Source: Candidatus Woesearchaeota archaeon (GTDB lineage Archaea; Nanobdellota; Nanobdellia; Woesearchaeales; SKGA01). From it: a DNA stretch of 64,000 nt. Position numbers and translations under genes: made by a program. Below are positions 1-9,093 of this stretch, one piece after another (position 1 is the stretch's first letter; every line of letters begins with the position of its first letter). The stretch is from positions 32,058 through 96,057 of the forward strand of contig JAFGOT010000014.1 of NCBI GenBank assembly GCA_016926395.1, given 5' to 3'. The notes below the pieces were generated by a model. The model did no database searches. It had not been told where the DNA came from and saw only the letters and a program-made list of their open reading frames with translations.

Positions 1-1470
1 GAAGTAGAAGCAGAAGTGGATAATTATGTTCAAAGAACAGAACGTGAAAAAGTAATTCCAATCCAAGCGAGAGGAAATGCTCTTGTTGTAGCTTATGTTT
101 CCGAAAATGAAGCGAAAAAACACGGGGCTAATTTTGCTTTTGAACTTGAAAACATGATTAATCTAATAAAAAAAGCAAATGATTTGAATATTCCTGTGTT
201 TATTATTGAACAAGAATCTCAGAATGTAACTATCAAAAATGACGGCAAAAATAAAGTCGTGCAATGGCAAGAATTTGATGTTCTAAAAGAAATAAATGCT
301 TTAATGGTTCCTGAAACATGGACTTTTGTAAGTTCTAAAAACGATGTTGGTTCCATATTTGATAATTCAAATCTTGGAGAATTATTAAAAGAAAACAACA
401 TTGATACTATTACTTTAGCTGGTTGGGATCAACAATTTGCACTAAGAGAAACAATAATTGACGCTAAAGAAAAAGGCTATAGAATATTTACTAGTTTTGA
501 TATCATACAAGGTTCAATAATTGGTGAACAAGAAAAAGTACGAGATCGAAAAGAAAAACAAAGATGGGAAGATAGTCAGCTAACACCTTTTGAAAAAGGA
601 ACGAGTGAATATGTTTCTGTTAATAAAGGAAAAACATTATTTAAAACAATAGACAGTGATGCAAGAAACGGAAACACAGGAGAAATAGTGGAGAGATACA
701 GTCCTGAGTCATTACTTAAATTTTATGAACAAAATACTAACTTAGTTGATTCATACAAGCAAATTCCTTTCTACTCTTTAGAACCAACTTATGAAGATGT
801 TGTAATAAGAGAAGAGAAAATAAAACCAAAAACTTCAAGCACAACAACGGCTGCTGACAAACCAACTCCAAAAGTTGATGAAAAAGAAGTTTTAAAACAA
901 AAACAAGACTTAATACGTCAAGAACAAGAGAAAAATCTAAAGAAAATAAAAATTCAAAGAGACTTGATGACAGAAAGAATTGAAGCAGTATGTTATGGTT
1001 ATGAATTAAAGGGAATTGGTAAAAACCAAATAGCTGTTCAAGCATATCCTGATTTTAGTTCGGACCCAAAAATAGAACGAGAATGTGATAATTGGAAATC
1101 AATAAACGGTGGTCGAAGAAGTGTTAGTGATGTTCCTTCTAATTTGCAATATGCTGGTTATGATGCTGATTTAGCAGAATGGAACTCTTTACTAGCTGAA
1201 CGAGATAATTTGATGAAACAAGCAAGGGATCCTTCTAAAGTTTTAGCTTATACTGATGGCGACTATGAAATTATTGAATGTACTTGCAGTCCAACTGGAA
1301 AATGTTCTTATCCAAGCAATCTTTTGGGAGTGACTTGCGAGACTTGTTGCGCTTCCGGAGACCAATTTGGTGATTATAAAATTATAGAATGTACTTGTGC
1401 TTCAGGAAGTAAATGTTCTTATCCAAGCAATTTACTTGGTGGCTCATGTGAAAAATGCTGCAAAGCATAA
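1..1470 (+). CDS. 5'-truncated protein: degenerate isochorismatase-like domain, charged linker, C-terminal Cys-rich tandem repeats
   Basis: Frame is open from base 1. LIKKANDLNIPVFII...LGELLKENNIDTITLAGWDQQFALRETIIDAKEKGY resembles the cysteine-hydrolase fold with the catalytic Cys position as Ala. Two GDYxIIECTC..CSYPSNLLG..CExCC repeats at the end. Confidence 0.6.
   Translation, partial: EVEAEVDNYVQRTEREKVIPIQARGNALVVAYVSENEAKKHGANFAFELENMINLIKKANDLNIPVFIIEQESQNVTIKNDGKNKVVQWQEFDVLKEINALMVPETWTFVSSKNDVGSIFDNSNLGELLKENNIDTITLAGWDQQFALRETIIDAKEKGYRIFTSFDIIQGSIIGEQEKVRDRKEKQRWEDSQLTPFEKGTSEYVSVNKGKTLFKTIDSDARNGNTGEIVERYSPESLLKFYEQNTNLVDSYKQIPFYSLEPTYEDVVIREEKIKPKTSSTTTAADKPTPKVDEKEVLKQKQDLIRQEQEKNLKKIKIQRDLMTERIEAVCYGYELKGIGKNQIAVQAYPDFSSDPKIERECDNWKSINGGRRSVSDVPSNLQYAGYDADLAEWNSLLAERDNLMKQARDPSKVLAYTDGDYEIIECTCSPTGKCSYPSNLLGVTCETCCASGDQFGDYKIIECTCASGSKCSYPSNLLGGSCEKCCKA
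1258..1467 (+). repeat. Two in-frame Cys-rich coding repeats, period 111 bp (37 aa)
   Basis: gactatgaaattattgaatgtacttg at 1261 and gattataaaattatagaatgtacttg at 1372; shared aaatgttcttatccaagcaat. Confidence 0.9.
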
Positions 1471-1520
1471 TTTTTATTTTTTTTAATTCTTTTTTAGAAA
1501 TAAATAATAAAAATAAAAAC

Positions 1521-2795
1521 CTATTTACTAGGTCTTATTTCTGTTATTCCCATCATGTAAGGATGAAGGACTTTAGGAATAGAAACACTGCCATCTTCGT
1601 TTTGGAAAGTTTCAAGAATAGTAACTAAACCACGAGATGTTGCAATAGCGGTATTGTTAAGAGTGTGAGGAGTAAACTTCTCGCCCTTATCCTCAGCTCT
1701 AATTCCAAGACCTCTAGCTTGATGAGTGGTAAGATTAGAACAACTACCAACTTCAATCCATTCATCTCGACGAGGAGAATAAACTTCAACATCATATTGT
1801 ATGTGTTTTAGAACTCCAAGGTCGCCAGTACAAATTTGAAGAGTACGAGTAGGAAGACCAAGAGAAGTAAAAATCTCAACAGTAATTCCCCACATTTCAT
1901 CAAAGAACTTCATAGATTCTTCAGGCTTACAAATAACAACCATCTCAACCTTATTGAACTGGTGAGTTCTGAATAATCCTTTTTCGTCAAGGCCATGACT
2001 GCCTTTTTCTCGACGGAAACACATAGAGTAAGAAGTGTGCTTTATAGGAAGTTTCTGTGCCGGGATAAGTTGACCAACATAACGACCAATAAGAGCATGT
2101 TCAGAAGTACCTATTAAGTATAAGTCTTCATCTTCAATCTTGTAAATCATAGCTTCCTGGTCATTAAGATCAGTAACAAAGTCAATGATATTTTTTCTAA
2201 GCATCAGAGGAGTTTCAACATAGTGAAAACCTTTTTTATGCATAGTTTCAATAGCATAACGAATAAGAGCCTGATTTAGCAAAGCAAGTTCACCTTCCAA
2301 ATAATAAAAACCAGCACCAGAAGTCTTAGCAGAAGATTCAAAATCAGCAACGCCTAAATCTTCAGCAAGAATTTGATGAGGTTTAACTTCTTTTTTAACA
2401 GGCTCAGGTCCAAAACGTTTAACTTCAACATTTTCACTATCGTCTTTTCCTTGAGGAACAGATTCATGCATAAGATTAGGGATTTTCTTTAACTGAAGCT
2501 TGATTTCTTCGTATAATTTGTCAGCCTTATCTTCAATATCCTTAATTTCTTGAGGGATGGACTTAGCTCTCTCTAAAGCTTCACTAGCATCTTTACCCGC
2601 TTTTTTAAGATCGTTAATCTCTTTAGAGACTTTATTACGTTCAGAACGAAGGTCGTCAGCTTGTTTTTTAAGAGTACGCCATTCTTGATCGGAAGAAGAG
2701 ACTACATCGACTATGGAGGTATCTGCATAGCCCTTCCTAATCATGTTGTCTTTAACTACTTGAGGTTCTTCTCGAATCAAGTTTATATCCATCAT
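1521..2795 (-). CDS. serS: Seryl-tRNA synthetase
   Basis: N-terminal coiled-coil arm; YLIGTSEH, CFRREKGSHG..GLFRTHQFNKVE, EVGSCSN, HTLNNTAIATSR class II motifs. Confidence 0.98.
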   Translation of the reverse strand: MMDINLIREEPQVVKDNMIRKGYADTSIVDVVSSSDQEWRTLKKQADDLRSERNKVSKEINDLKKAGKDASEALERAKSIPQEIKDIEDKADKLYEEIKLQLKKIPNLMHESVPQGKDDSENVEVKRFGPEPVKKEVKPHQILAEDLGVADFESSAKTSGAGFYYLEGELALLNQALIRYAIETMHKKGFHYVETPLMLRKNIIDFVTDLNDQEAMIYKIEDEDLYLIGTSEHALIGRYVGQLIPAQKLPIKHTSYSMCFRREKGSHGLDEKGLFRTHQFNKVEMVVICKPEESMKFFDEMWGITVEIFTSLGLPTRTLQICTGDLGVLKHIQYDVEVYSPRRDEWIEVGSCSNLTTHQARGLGIRAEDKGEKFTPHTLNNTAIATSRGLVTILETFQNEDGSVSIPKVLHPYMMGITEIRPSK

Positions 2796-2821
2796 TGTAA
2801 TACTTGTAAAATCAGAGGAGA

Positions 2822-2829
2822 TTTATAAA
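2822..2829 (-). promoter_or_regulatory. TATA box of serS (likely leaderless transcript)
   Basis: TTTATAAA about 27 nt upstream of the ATG, typical archaeal spacing. Confidence 0.55.
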
Positions 2830-2849
2830 TATGGGGGTTTGAATGCTTT

Positions 2850-3338
2850 TTATTGTTCGTATATGTTGAATTCTATTGAGCTTGTTATGAAGCTTATTCT
2901 TGTTATTATCAATGAATATTCTTTATTCTCTATTTTGAATGTTGTTGAATCTCCCACATAAACTTCGCTAAAATTTTTTTCTAGATTGAAGTTTATTTTC
3001 GCTTGTTGATTAACATTAACATCAATAAGTCCCAATATGAATTTTCCATTAAATAGTGTTTTGCTATTGCCTTTTGTTATGATTCATGGTTCGTTGTTTG
3101 GGACTCTTAGTTCACTTATTTGTTTAATTTCTTTTTCTTCAGTTATATTTTCTTCTAATAGTGTTTGTGTTATGATGTTACCGGTGTTAATTGAGTTGTT
3201 AATTCCATTAATAATTATTTGATTGTTTTCGTTATTTGTTGTTTTTCCTATGTTGCTATTCATTAATCCTATTATTGCTGCTATAAAGAGGATGATTGCT
3301 GTAATAAGACTTATTGTTTTTGTTGTTTTTATTTTCAC
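2850..3338 (-). pseudogene. Membrane-anchored hypothetical protein interrupted by one in-frame TGA (3084-3086)
   Basis: ORFs 3084..3338 and 2850..3035 are in the same frame. The codons between them are open (IITKGNSKTLFNGKFI). N-terminal TM/signal helix. Confidence 0.7.
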
Positions 3339-3357
3339 TTTTGTTTTTTCCTATTCT

Positions 3358-3660
3358 TTATTTTTTACTTAATGCCGAAAGTAACCAAATAAGTCCTAAT
3401 CCTATTAATGCTCCTTGACTAACTTTTAACTTTGCAGATTGTTCTGCTAATTCTCGTTGCATGTTGTTGTTCATCTGAACGTATTTTACTCGTTCGTTTC
3501 TTTCTTGTTCTAGTTGTTGGTTCGCTTTATGCGCTTCTTGGTCGCTAGTTAAAAGAATTTTTAGCAGTTCTGGTTGGTTTTTTAGTTCGTCAATAACTTT
3601 TTGAGGGTCTTTCTCAAAATGTTCCATTAATTGTTTTCTTAATTCATTTGTTAATGTCAT
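3358..3660 (-). CDS. Coiled-coil protein with C-terminal hydrophobic anchor
   Basis: Q/E-rich helix followed by GALIGLGLIWLLSAL. Confidence 0.7.
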   Translation of the reverse strand: MTLTNELRKQLMEHFEKDPQKVIDELKNQPELLKILLTSDQEAHKANQQLEQERNERVKYVQMNNNMQRELAEQSAKLKVSQGALIGLGLIWLLSALSKK

Positions 3661-3887
3661 ATTTGATATATTTGTTTATTATTTTATAAATTTTTCTGTT
3701 TATGTTTATAAATAAATTAAAATTTGAGAATGAATTGGGTAAATTGAGAAAATTTTCAGGACACCTTTTTTGGTGTTTAATGGGCGTGTCTGGTGTAATG
3801 TTCGTGGTAGTTTAATTAAGCTGAGCTGTTGGCTAAAAGTCCATCTCTAATCTCATTCTATCGAAACGATATTAATGCTTAACTAAT

Positions 3888-4007
3888 TTATTTTGTTTTA
3901 TTTTTAGTTCCTGGAGTTTTTCGCTTTGGTTCGTATCTTTTTTCGTGTTCTTGTTTACTTTGTCTTTTTCGATCTCGAGGACCTTTTTTTGTTAAATCAT
4001 CTGGCAT
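3888..4007 (-). CDS. 39-aa basic small protein missing from the ORF track (MPDDLTKKGPRDRKRQSKQEHEKRYEPKRKTPGTKNKTK)
   Basis: Read by hand. GGTGA Shine-Dalgarno just upstream of the ATG. N-terminus recalls DUF3606-type proteins. Confidence 0.6.
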   Translation of the reverse strand: MPDDLTKKGPRDRKRQSKQEHEKRYEPKRKTPGTKNKTK

Positions 4008-4132
4008 TTTTTATCACCAGTTTATTTTGGTCATTTTTTTGATTTAAACTTTATTCTTGTTTTAGGATATTTTTCATTGGTTATCCCAAACTCTAAATAA
4101 AGTATTTAAATTGGATTTTCCCTATTTTATTT

Positions 4133-5482
4133 ATGGATGTTCCTTTAGTGCAAATAAGTCCTGACTTAATTTCTTTTGACCCTCAAAATCCCCGGTCAGA
4201 ATCTTCTGAGAAAATAGAGACGGATTATAAATTCACTCAACTTAAAAAATCAATTGAGTTATTTGGTGTTTTTGTTCCTCTAATTGTAAGACAAGTAAAA
4301 TCAAAAACAAAACCTTATCGTTTGGTTGATGGAGAAAGACGTTTGAGAGCTGCTTTAGCATGTAACAAGCCCTTTGTTCCTGTTCACATAATTGATGGTA
4401 ATGGTGAGCGGGCTAAGGTTTTGGCTTATCAAATACATATGAACAGAAAAGATTGGACCAAATTAGCGGAACTAAAATCAATAAAGGATATTGTTCATGA
4501 AATAAAACTTAAGAATGATGATGATGATTTTGTTCGTAAAGAGCTTTGTGATAAAACCAGCATGGACTTAGCTCATGCTACTGATATTTTAACAATTTTG
4601 AAGTATGATTCTGAAACTATAAAAAAAGTTGAAGAGGGTTTAATTTATAGAAGTTATTTTATAGAATTAGAACGTTATTTTATACCTGCTTTAAAAACTG
4701 ATTTTCTTTCTTTGTATAACCATTATGGAGAAAAGAGATTAAGGAAGATTTTATCAAAAAAAGCTGAAGAAATAAAATTGGGAAAAACAAGTTTTTTAAG
4801 AAATAATTTTATTAAACCTTATTTTGAAAATATTATTGACAAGCCTAAGTTGAGGCGTGTTATTAAAGATTTTCTTGATAATCCTGATCGTGATTTACGA
4901 GATAGTGTTAAGAAATTGGAACGTCGATCAAGTAAAGTTAAGAAAGCTTCTAAGAAAAAGTCTTCTAAACAAAGACCGGTTGTTGATGTTATTGAGGTTC
5001 CAGATGAAATTGACCACTTAGTCAAGCTTTTCGATATTGAGAAGCTCTTAATTTCTTCTAATGTTTTTGATTCTATATTTAATAATTTAAAACAAGCCAT
5101 TGTCGAATTTGAAAGGAGAACAGGATATTTAGTGACTAATGAAATAAAACTTCAAAATGTTATTTACACTGTTTTAAGATCTTTGTTTAAGTCAACAGAG
5201 TTTGAGAATCCTACTGGTAAAGTTTGTTCTACAAGCAGTAAAGTAGATTTTATTTTAAAAAAGCATGGCATTGTAATAGAGATTAAGTATGTTAGAGATC
5301 GTCGTCATGCTAAAAATATTCATGATGAATTAGCTATTGATTATGCCAGATATAGGCTTTCTCCTGATTGTAATAAAATAATTAATTATGTTTATGACCC
5401 AAATAATTTTATTACCAATCCTGATTTGACTGTTTCGGAATTGAAAAAGTCTCTTCCGGAAGCTAATCATTATGTTCAGTAG
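4133..5482 (+). CDS. ParB/Srx-like domain fused to a C-terminal PD-(D/E)xK restriction-endonuclease-like domain (REase_DpnII-MboI-like)
   Basis: LKKSIELFGVFVPLIVR..YRLVDGERRLRAA (ParB); KVDFILKKHGIVIEIK...ELAIDYARY..SPDC.KII.YVYDP (REase). Confidence 0.75.
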   Translation: MDVPLVQISPDLISFDPQNPRSESSEKIETDYKFTQLKKSIELFGVFVPLIVRQVKSKTKPYRLVDGERRLRAALACNKPFVPVHIIDGNGERAKVLAYQIHMNRKDWTKLAELKSIKDIVHEIKLKNDDDDFVRKELCDKTSMDLAHATDILTILKYDSETIKKVEEGLIYRSYFIELERYFIPALKTDFLSLYNHYGEKRLRKILSKKAEEIKLGKTSFLRNNFIKPYFENIIDKPKLRRVIKDFLDNPDRDLRDSVKKLERRSSKVKKASKKKSSKQRPVVDVIEVPDEIDHLVKLFDIEKLLISSNVFDSIFNNLKQAIVEFERRTGYLVTNEIKLQNVIYTVLRSLFKSTEFENPTGKVCSTSSKVDFILKKHGIVIEIKYVRDRRHAKNIHDELAIDYARYRLSPDCNKIINYVYDPNNFITNPDLTVSELKKSLPEANHYVQ

Positions 5483-5490
5483 TTATTAAA

Positions 5491-6621
5491 ATGAAAAACA
5501 TTCTTTTAGTCGAACCTGATTTTCCTGTTTCTAAGAAAAGTAAGAATCATTCTAATTTTCTTCCTATTGGTCTACTTAAATTAGCATCTTATCATCGTAA
5601 GCAAGGCAATAAAGCAAAACTTATTCGAGGTTTGAAAAAAGCACATTTTACGCCTGATAGAATTTTGATAACTTCTTTGTTTACTTATTGGTCTGATTAT
5701 GTTAGAGATGCAGTGCAATTTTACAAACAAGCTTATCCTTCTGCTAAAGTCGAAGTTGGTGGAATTTATGCAAGTTTAATGCCGAAGCATTGCAAATATT
5801 TTACTGGTTGCGATAAAGTTGTTGTTGGTCAATTAAAAATGGCAGATAAGTGTAAACCTGCTTATGATTTAGTTAATGTTGATTATCAAATTATTCATGG
5901 GATGAGAGGTTGTATTAGACAGTGTTCTTTTTGTGGTATTTGGAGACTTGAAAAGAACTCTTTCAAAACTGCAGAAGAAATTAAAAAAGAGATTTGTTTT
6001 AATAAGTTAGTTTTTTATGATAATAATATGTTAGTTAATCCTCATATTGAAGAAATTCTTGAAATGTTAGCAACAACAACTTATAATGGTAAAGTTCTTA
6101 ATTGTGAGTGTCAAAGTGGTTTTGATGGTAGAATTCTTGCCGAAAAACCTCATTTGGCAGAATTATTAAAAAAAGCTAGATTTAAAGATATTCGTTTGGC
6201 TTGGGATTGGGGTGTTAAAACTTATCCGGTTGTTGAAAAGTGGTTAACTATTCTTGATAATGCTGGTTTTAGTAGAAAATCGGTTTTCTTATTTATGATT
6301 TATAATTGGGATTTTAAATTTGAAGAAATGGAAGAAAAAAGAAAAAAATGCTATGAATGGGGGGTGCAAATTGCTGATTGTAGGTTTAGACCCCTTAATC
6401 AATTATTTGACAGATATAATGGTCGTATAAAACAAACAAATATTGATTATTTTATTCATAAATATTGGACCGATTATCAAGTAAAGAGATTTAGAAAGAA
6501 TGTTCGTTTGCAAAATATTTGTATACGTTATAACATTCCTATTGAAAATTATCGAAAGGAGTTGGAGGGTACTCGCTCTTCTTCAAAAAAATTAGTTGAA
6601 TTTGGTTCTATGGTTTCTTAG
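5491..6621 (+). CDS. Radical SAM protein with cobalamin-binding-like N-terminal domain
   Basis: ILLVEP..PIGLLKLAS..KVEVGGIYASLMP N-terminal domain; RGCIRQCSFC CX3CX2C motif; FYDNN. Confidence 0.85.
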   Translation: MKNILLVEPDFPVSKKSKNHSNFLPIGLLKLASYHRKQGNKAKLIRGLKKAHFTPDRILITSLFTYWSDYVRDAVQFYKQAYPSAKVEVGGIYASLMPKHCKYFTGCDKVVVGQLKMADKCKPAYDLVNVDYQIIHGMRGCIRQCSFCGIWRLEKNSFKTAEEIKKEICFNKLVFYDNNMLVNPHIEEILEMLATTTYNGKVLNCECQSGFDGRILAEKPHLAELLKKARFKDIRLAWDWGVKTYPVVEKWLTILDNAGFSRKSVFLFMIYNWDFKFEEMEEKRKKCYEWGVQIADCRFRPLNQLFDRYNGRIKQTNIDYFIHKYWTDYQVKRFRKNVRLQNICIRYNIPIENYRKELEGTRSSSKKLVEFGSMVS

Positions 6622-6679
6622 AGTGTGCACTGGTCAGTTGATGATCCATTTTTTAAGTTTTAATCTTACTATCTTTGTT

Positions 6680-6886
6680 ATGAGTCGATATATTATTCTC
6701 GAAATTGGTAAGTCCGCATATACTGAGTTTAAGAAAAAATCAGGAGATTTTGAAGAAACTTGTGATGCTATTCTTGTTGATGATTTGGATGCTGATTCAA
6801 AAGAAGATGCTTATAATCAAATGTTTTCAAAAGAAGAGCATTCTGATAAAGATTTTGACCAATTAGTTGTTCTTGAGGTTGTTTGA
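6680..6886 (+). CDS. Small acidic hypothetical protein (68 aa; start revised to ATG 6680)
   Basis: D/E-rich MSRYIILEIG...; the upstream part of the track ORF overlaps the radical SAM gene end. Confidence 0.6.
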   Translation: MSRYIILEIGKSAYTEFKKKSGDFEETCDAILVDDLDADSKEDAYNQMFSKEEHSDKDFDQLVVLEVV

Positions 6887-6928
6887 TATTCTAAACATTT
6901 ATTAACTAACGAGTCAAATTTTTATTTT

Positions 6929-7698
6929 ATGGATTTGCATATGTTTCAGCAATCAGTCTTGGATTCATATACTAGTAATTCTCAAAAAGCTCGAGTATTA
7001 ACGGAAAATTGGTTTGCTTCTCAAATGTACTGTCCTTGTTGTTTGAAACCTAAGATTTCTGTTTACAATAATAATAAAAAAGTAAGTGACTTTTTTTGTG
7101 ATTCTTGTAGAAATGATTTTCAATTAAAAAGTTCTAAAAACCGTTCGGGCGTAAAGTTTTAGATGGGGAGTATAATACTATGATTTCTGCTGTTGATTCG
7201 GGTTCATCTCCTAGCTTTTTTATTCTTCACTACTCTTCCGAGGATTGGGTGGTTAAATCACTTTCTTTGATTCCTAAATTTTTTGTAACACATTCGATGA
7301 TTGAAAAACGAAAACCTTTGTCTTCTACTGCTAGAAGAGCGGGTTGGACTGGTTGTAATTTTTTGTTAGACAAACTTCCTTTAGAGGGGAATATTCCTAT
7401 TGTTATTAACGAGAAAATTCAAGATAAAACAAAAGTTAATGCACTTTGGAATAAAATGTTTTTTATGAATTCTAAGAGACCTTCTTTTAGGGGTTGGACT
7501 TCTGATGTGCTGAAAGTTGTTCAAGAACAAGATTCGTCCTTTTCTTTATCCGACATTTATTTGTATGACTCCTACTTTAAAGAATTACATCCTGAAAATA
7601 ATAATATTAGAGCGAAGATAAGGCAACAGTTACAAATTCTTAGAGATAATAAAATTATTAGATTTAAAGGAAATGGTATTTATGAGAAATTAAAATAA
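6929..7698 (+). pseudogene. dpnI: DpnI / Dam-replacing-family methyl-directed endonuclease, split by a frameshift at A5 (7136-7140)
   Basis: YTSNSQKARVLTENW, CPCC...FCDSC, LKS, RKPLSSTARRAGWTGCN, KIRQQLQILRD match DpnI. The -1 frame from 7141 reads PFGRKVLDGEYNTMIS and joins both ORFs. Confidence 0.9.
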
Positions 7699-7703
7699 TG
7701 TTT

Positions 7704-8297
7704 TTAATCAAATAATCCTTTTATTCCGCTAACAATATCTTTACCAACATCTGAAATTGTGTCTACAACATTGTTTACAACTTGTTTTACACTTTCGACA
7801 GCTTCTTTTACTTCTTCAACAATAAAATTTCTGACTATTTCTGTTAGTTCAATTTGTTGAGAAAAATGTTTTTTGATAAGAATTGGTTTTTCCATTATTA
7901 TTATGTCGCCTTCCAGAGTTGCATAAGTTTTCTTCATAGTAATAAGGTTTTTGGCAACTTCACTGCTCATGTGCCAATCTAATCTTTGACTAACTTTTAT
8001 TATTGTCATATCCCGAGGTCTTAATGTTGTTTTACCTATTTCTCCTTCTGAACGATATTCATTAAAACTCACTGAATAGTCAACTCTTTTAGCAGATATT
8101 CTAAAAATGCTTGGATTGTAAACATAAACATCAGCATGAATTGTGAAGCCATCTAGAGAAACGTCTGTTATGTCTGTTATTTCCGTATTCTTAACTTCTA
8201 TATTTTTTATTGATTGAATGTAAAATATTCCAAAACTAATTAAGATAATAGTTATTGGTATTAAAATACTAAAAATTATTGTTGTTGTTTTACTCAT
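7704..8297 (-). CDS. Membrane-anchored LEA14/WHy-like domain protein (start likely 8297)
   Basis: N-terminal TM; ADVYVYNPSIFRISAKRVDYSV beta pattern; ATG overlaps the upstream stop. Confidence 0.6.
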   Translation of the reverse strand: MSKTTTIIFSILIPITIILISFGIFYIQSIKNIEVKNTEITDITDVSLDGFTIHADVYVYNPSIFRISAKRVDYSVSFNEYRSEGEIGKTTLRPRDMTIIKVSQRLDWHMSSEVAKNLITMKKTYATLEGDIIIMEKPILIKKHFSQQIELTEIVRNFIVEEVKEAVESVKQVVNNVVDTISDVGKDIVSGIKGLFD

Positions 8298-9036
8298 CGG
8301 ACATAAATCTCCAACCACTATTTTTTGGCTCTAGTTCTGCGTATAGTTCTTGTCCCCACTCTTGGATATCCGTAAATGCTAAACCCGCATTTTTGTAAAC
8401 CCAGTCAATTTCTTCAGAGATTTTTTTTACTGCTTGTTTATCATCTGTTTTTATTGCTGATTCATAACTATTGGAGAAACCATTATTTGTGAAATTTATC
8501 GAACCTAGAAATGCGTGTTCATTATCTATGACATAAACTTTAGAATGAATTAAATATCCTCGCCCTCCATTTTCATCTTCTCTACTACTAAATATTTTTA
8601 GTTTGAATATTGGTTTGTATTTGTATTCGTTTGTTCTCATAGTAAAGAATATTATTGCTGATATTATTGCTCCTAAAACTAGAATTAATAATGCTGGTGC
8701 TGCGAAAGATAAAAATAACATAAACATACCTATTCCTGAGCTTATCCAGAATCCGTTTTTTCGAGTTTGAACTTTTTGGTCATGGATGATTTGTTCTTGT
8801 TCTATAATTTCTGTAGGATCAAAACTATTATCTCTGTTATTTGCAAGATTATCAGATGTTATTAATGTAATTTTAACCCCTTTTTTGTGGAGTTTAATTA
8901 ATTCTCTTATATAATTTGTCGACAAATATGGAGAAACTATTTTAACTTCTTTTTTGGCTCTTTGTATTACATTGAGGCAATGAGAACCCGCGTCTCGACC
9001 TAAGAAGATTGAACAGTTGGCTTTGTTTATGAACAT
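8290..9036 (-). CDS. Phospholipase D/Nuc-family single-HKD protein with internal TM hairpin
   Basis: IVSPYL and HSKVYVID..AFLGSINFT..G..SYE motifs; hydrophobic insert between them. Confidence 0.85.
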   Translation of the reverse strand: MFINKANCSIFLGRDAGSHCLNVIQRAKKEVKIVSPYLSTNYIRELIKLHKKGVKITLITSDNLANNRDNSFDPTEIIEQEQIIHDQKVQTRKNGFWISSGIGMFMLFLSFAAPALLILVLGAIISAIIFFTMRTNEYKYKPIFKLKIFSSREDENGGRGYLIHSKVYVIDNEHAFLGSINFTNNGFSNSYESAIKTDDKQAVKKISEEIDWVYKNAGLAFTDIQEWGQELYAELEPKNSGWRFMSDE

Positions 9037-9093
9037 ATGTGAACTTTTGACTTTTCCTTATTTAAGGTTTTTGTTCAGAATGGGATAACCCCT

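Noticed and set aside
3775-3845. tRNA-like fragment (ggtgtaatg) in the intergenic region
   Set aside because: No anticodon arm, T-arm or acceptor pairing can be built.
7133-7145. Programmed -1 ribosomal frameshift in dpnI
   Set aside because: T AAA AAC is not a canonical slippery heptamer, and DpnI homologs are normally a single ORF.
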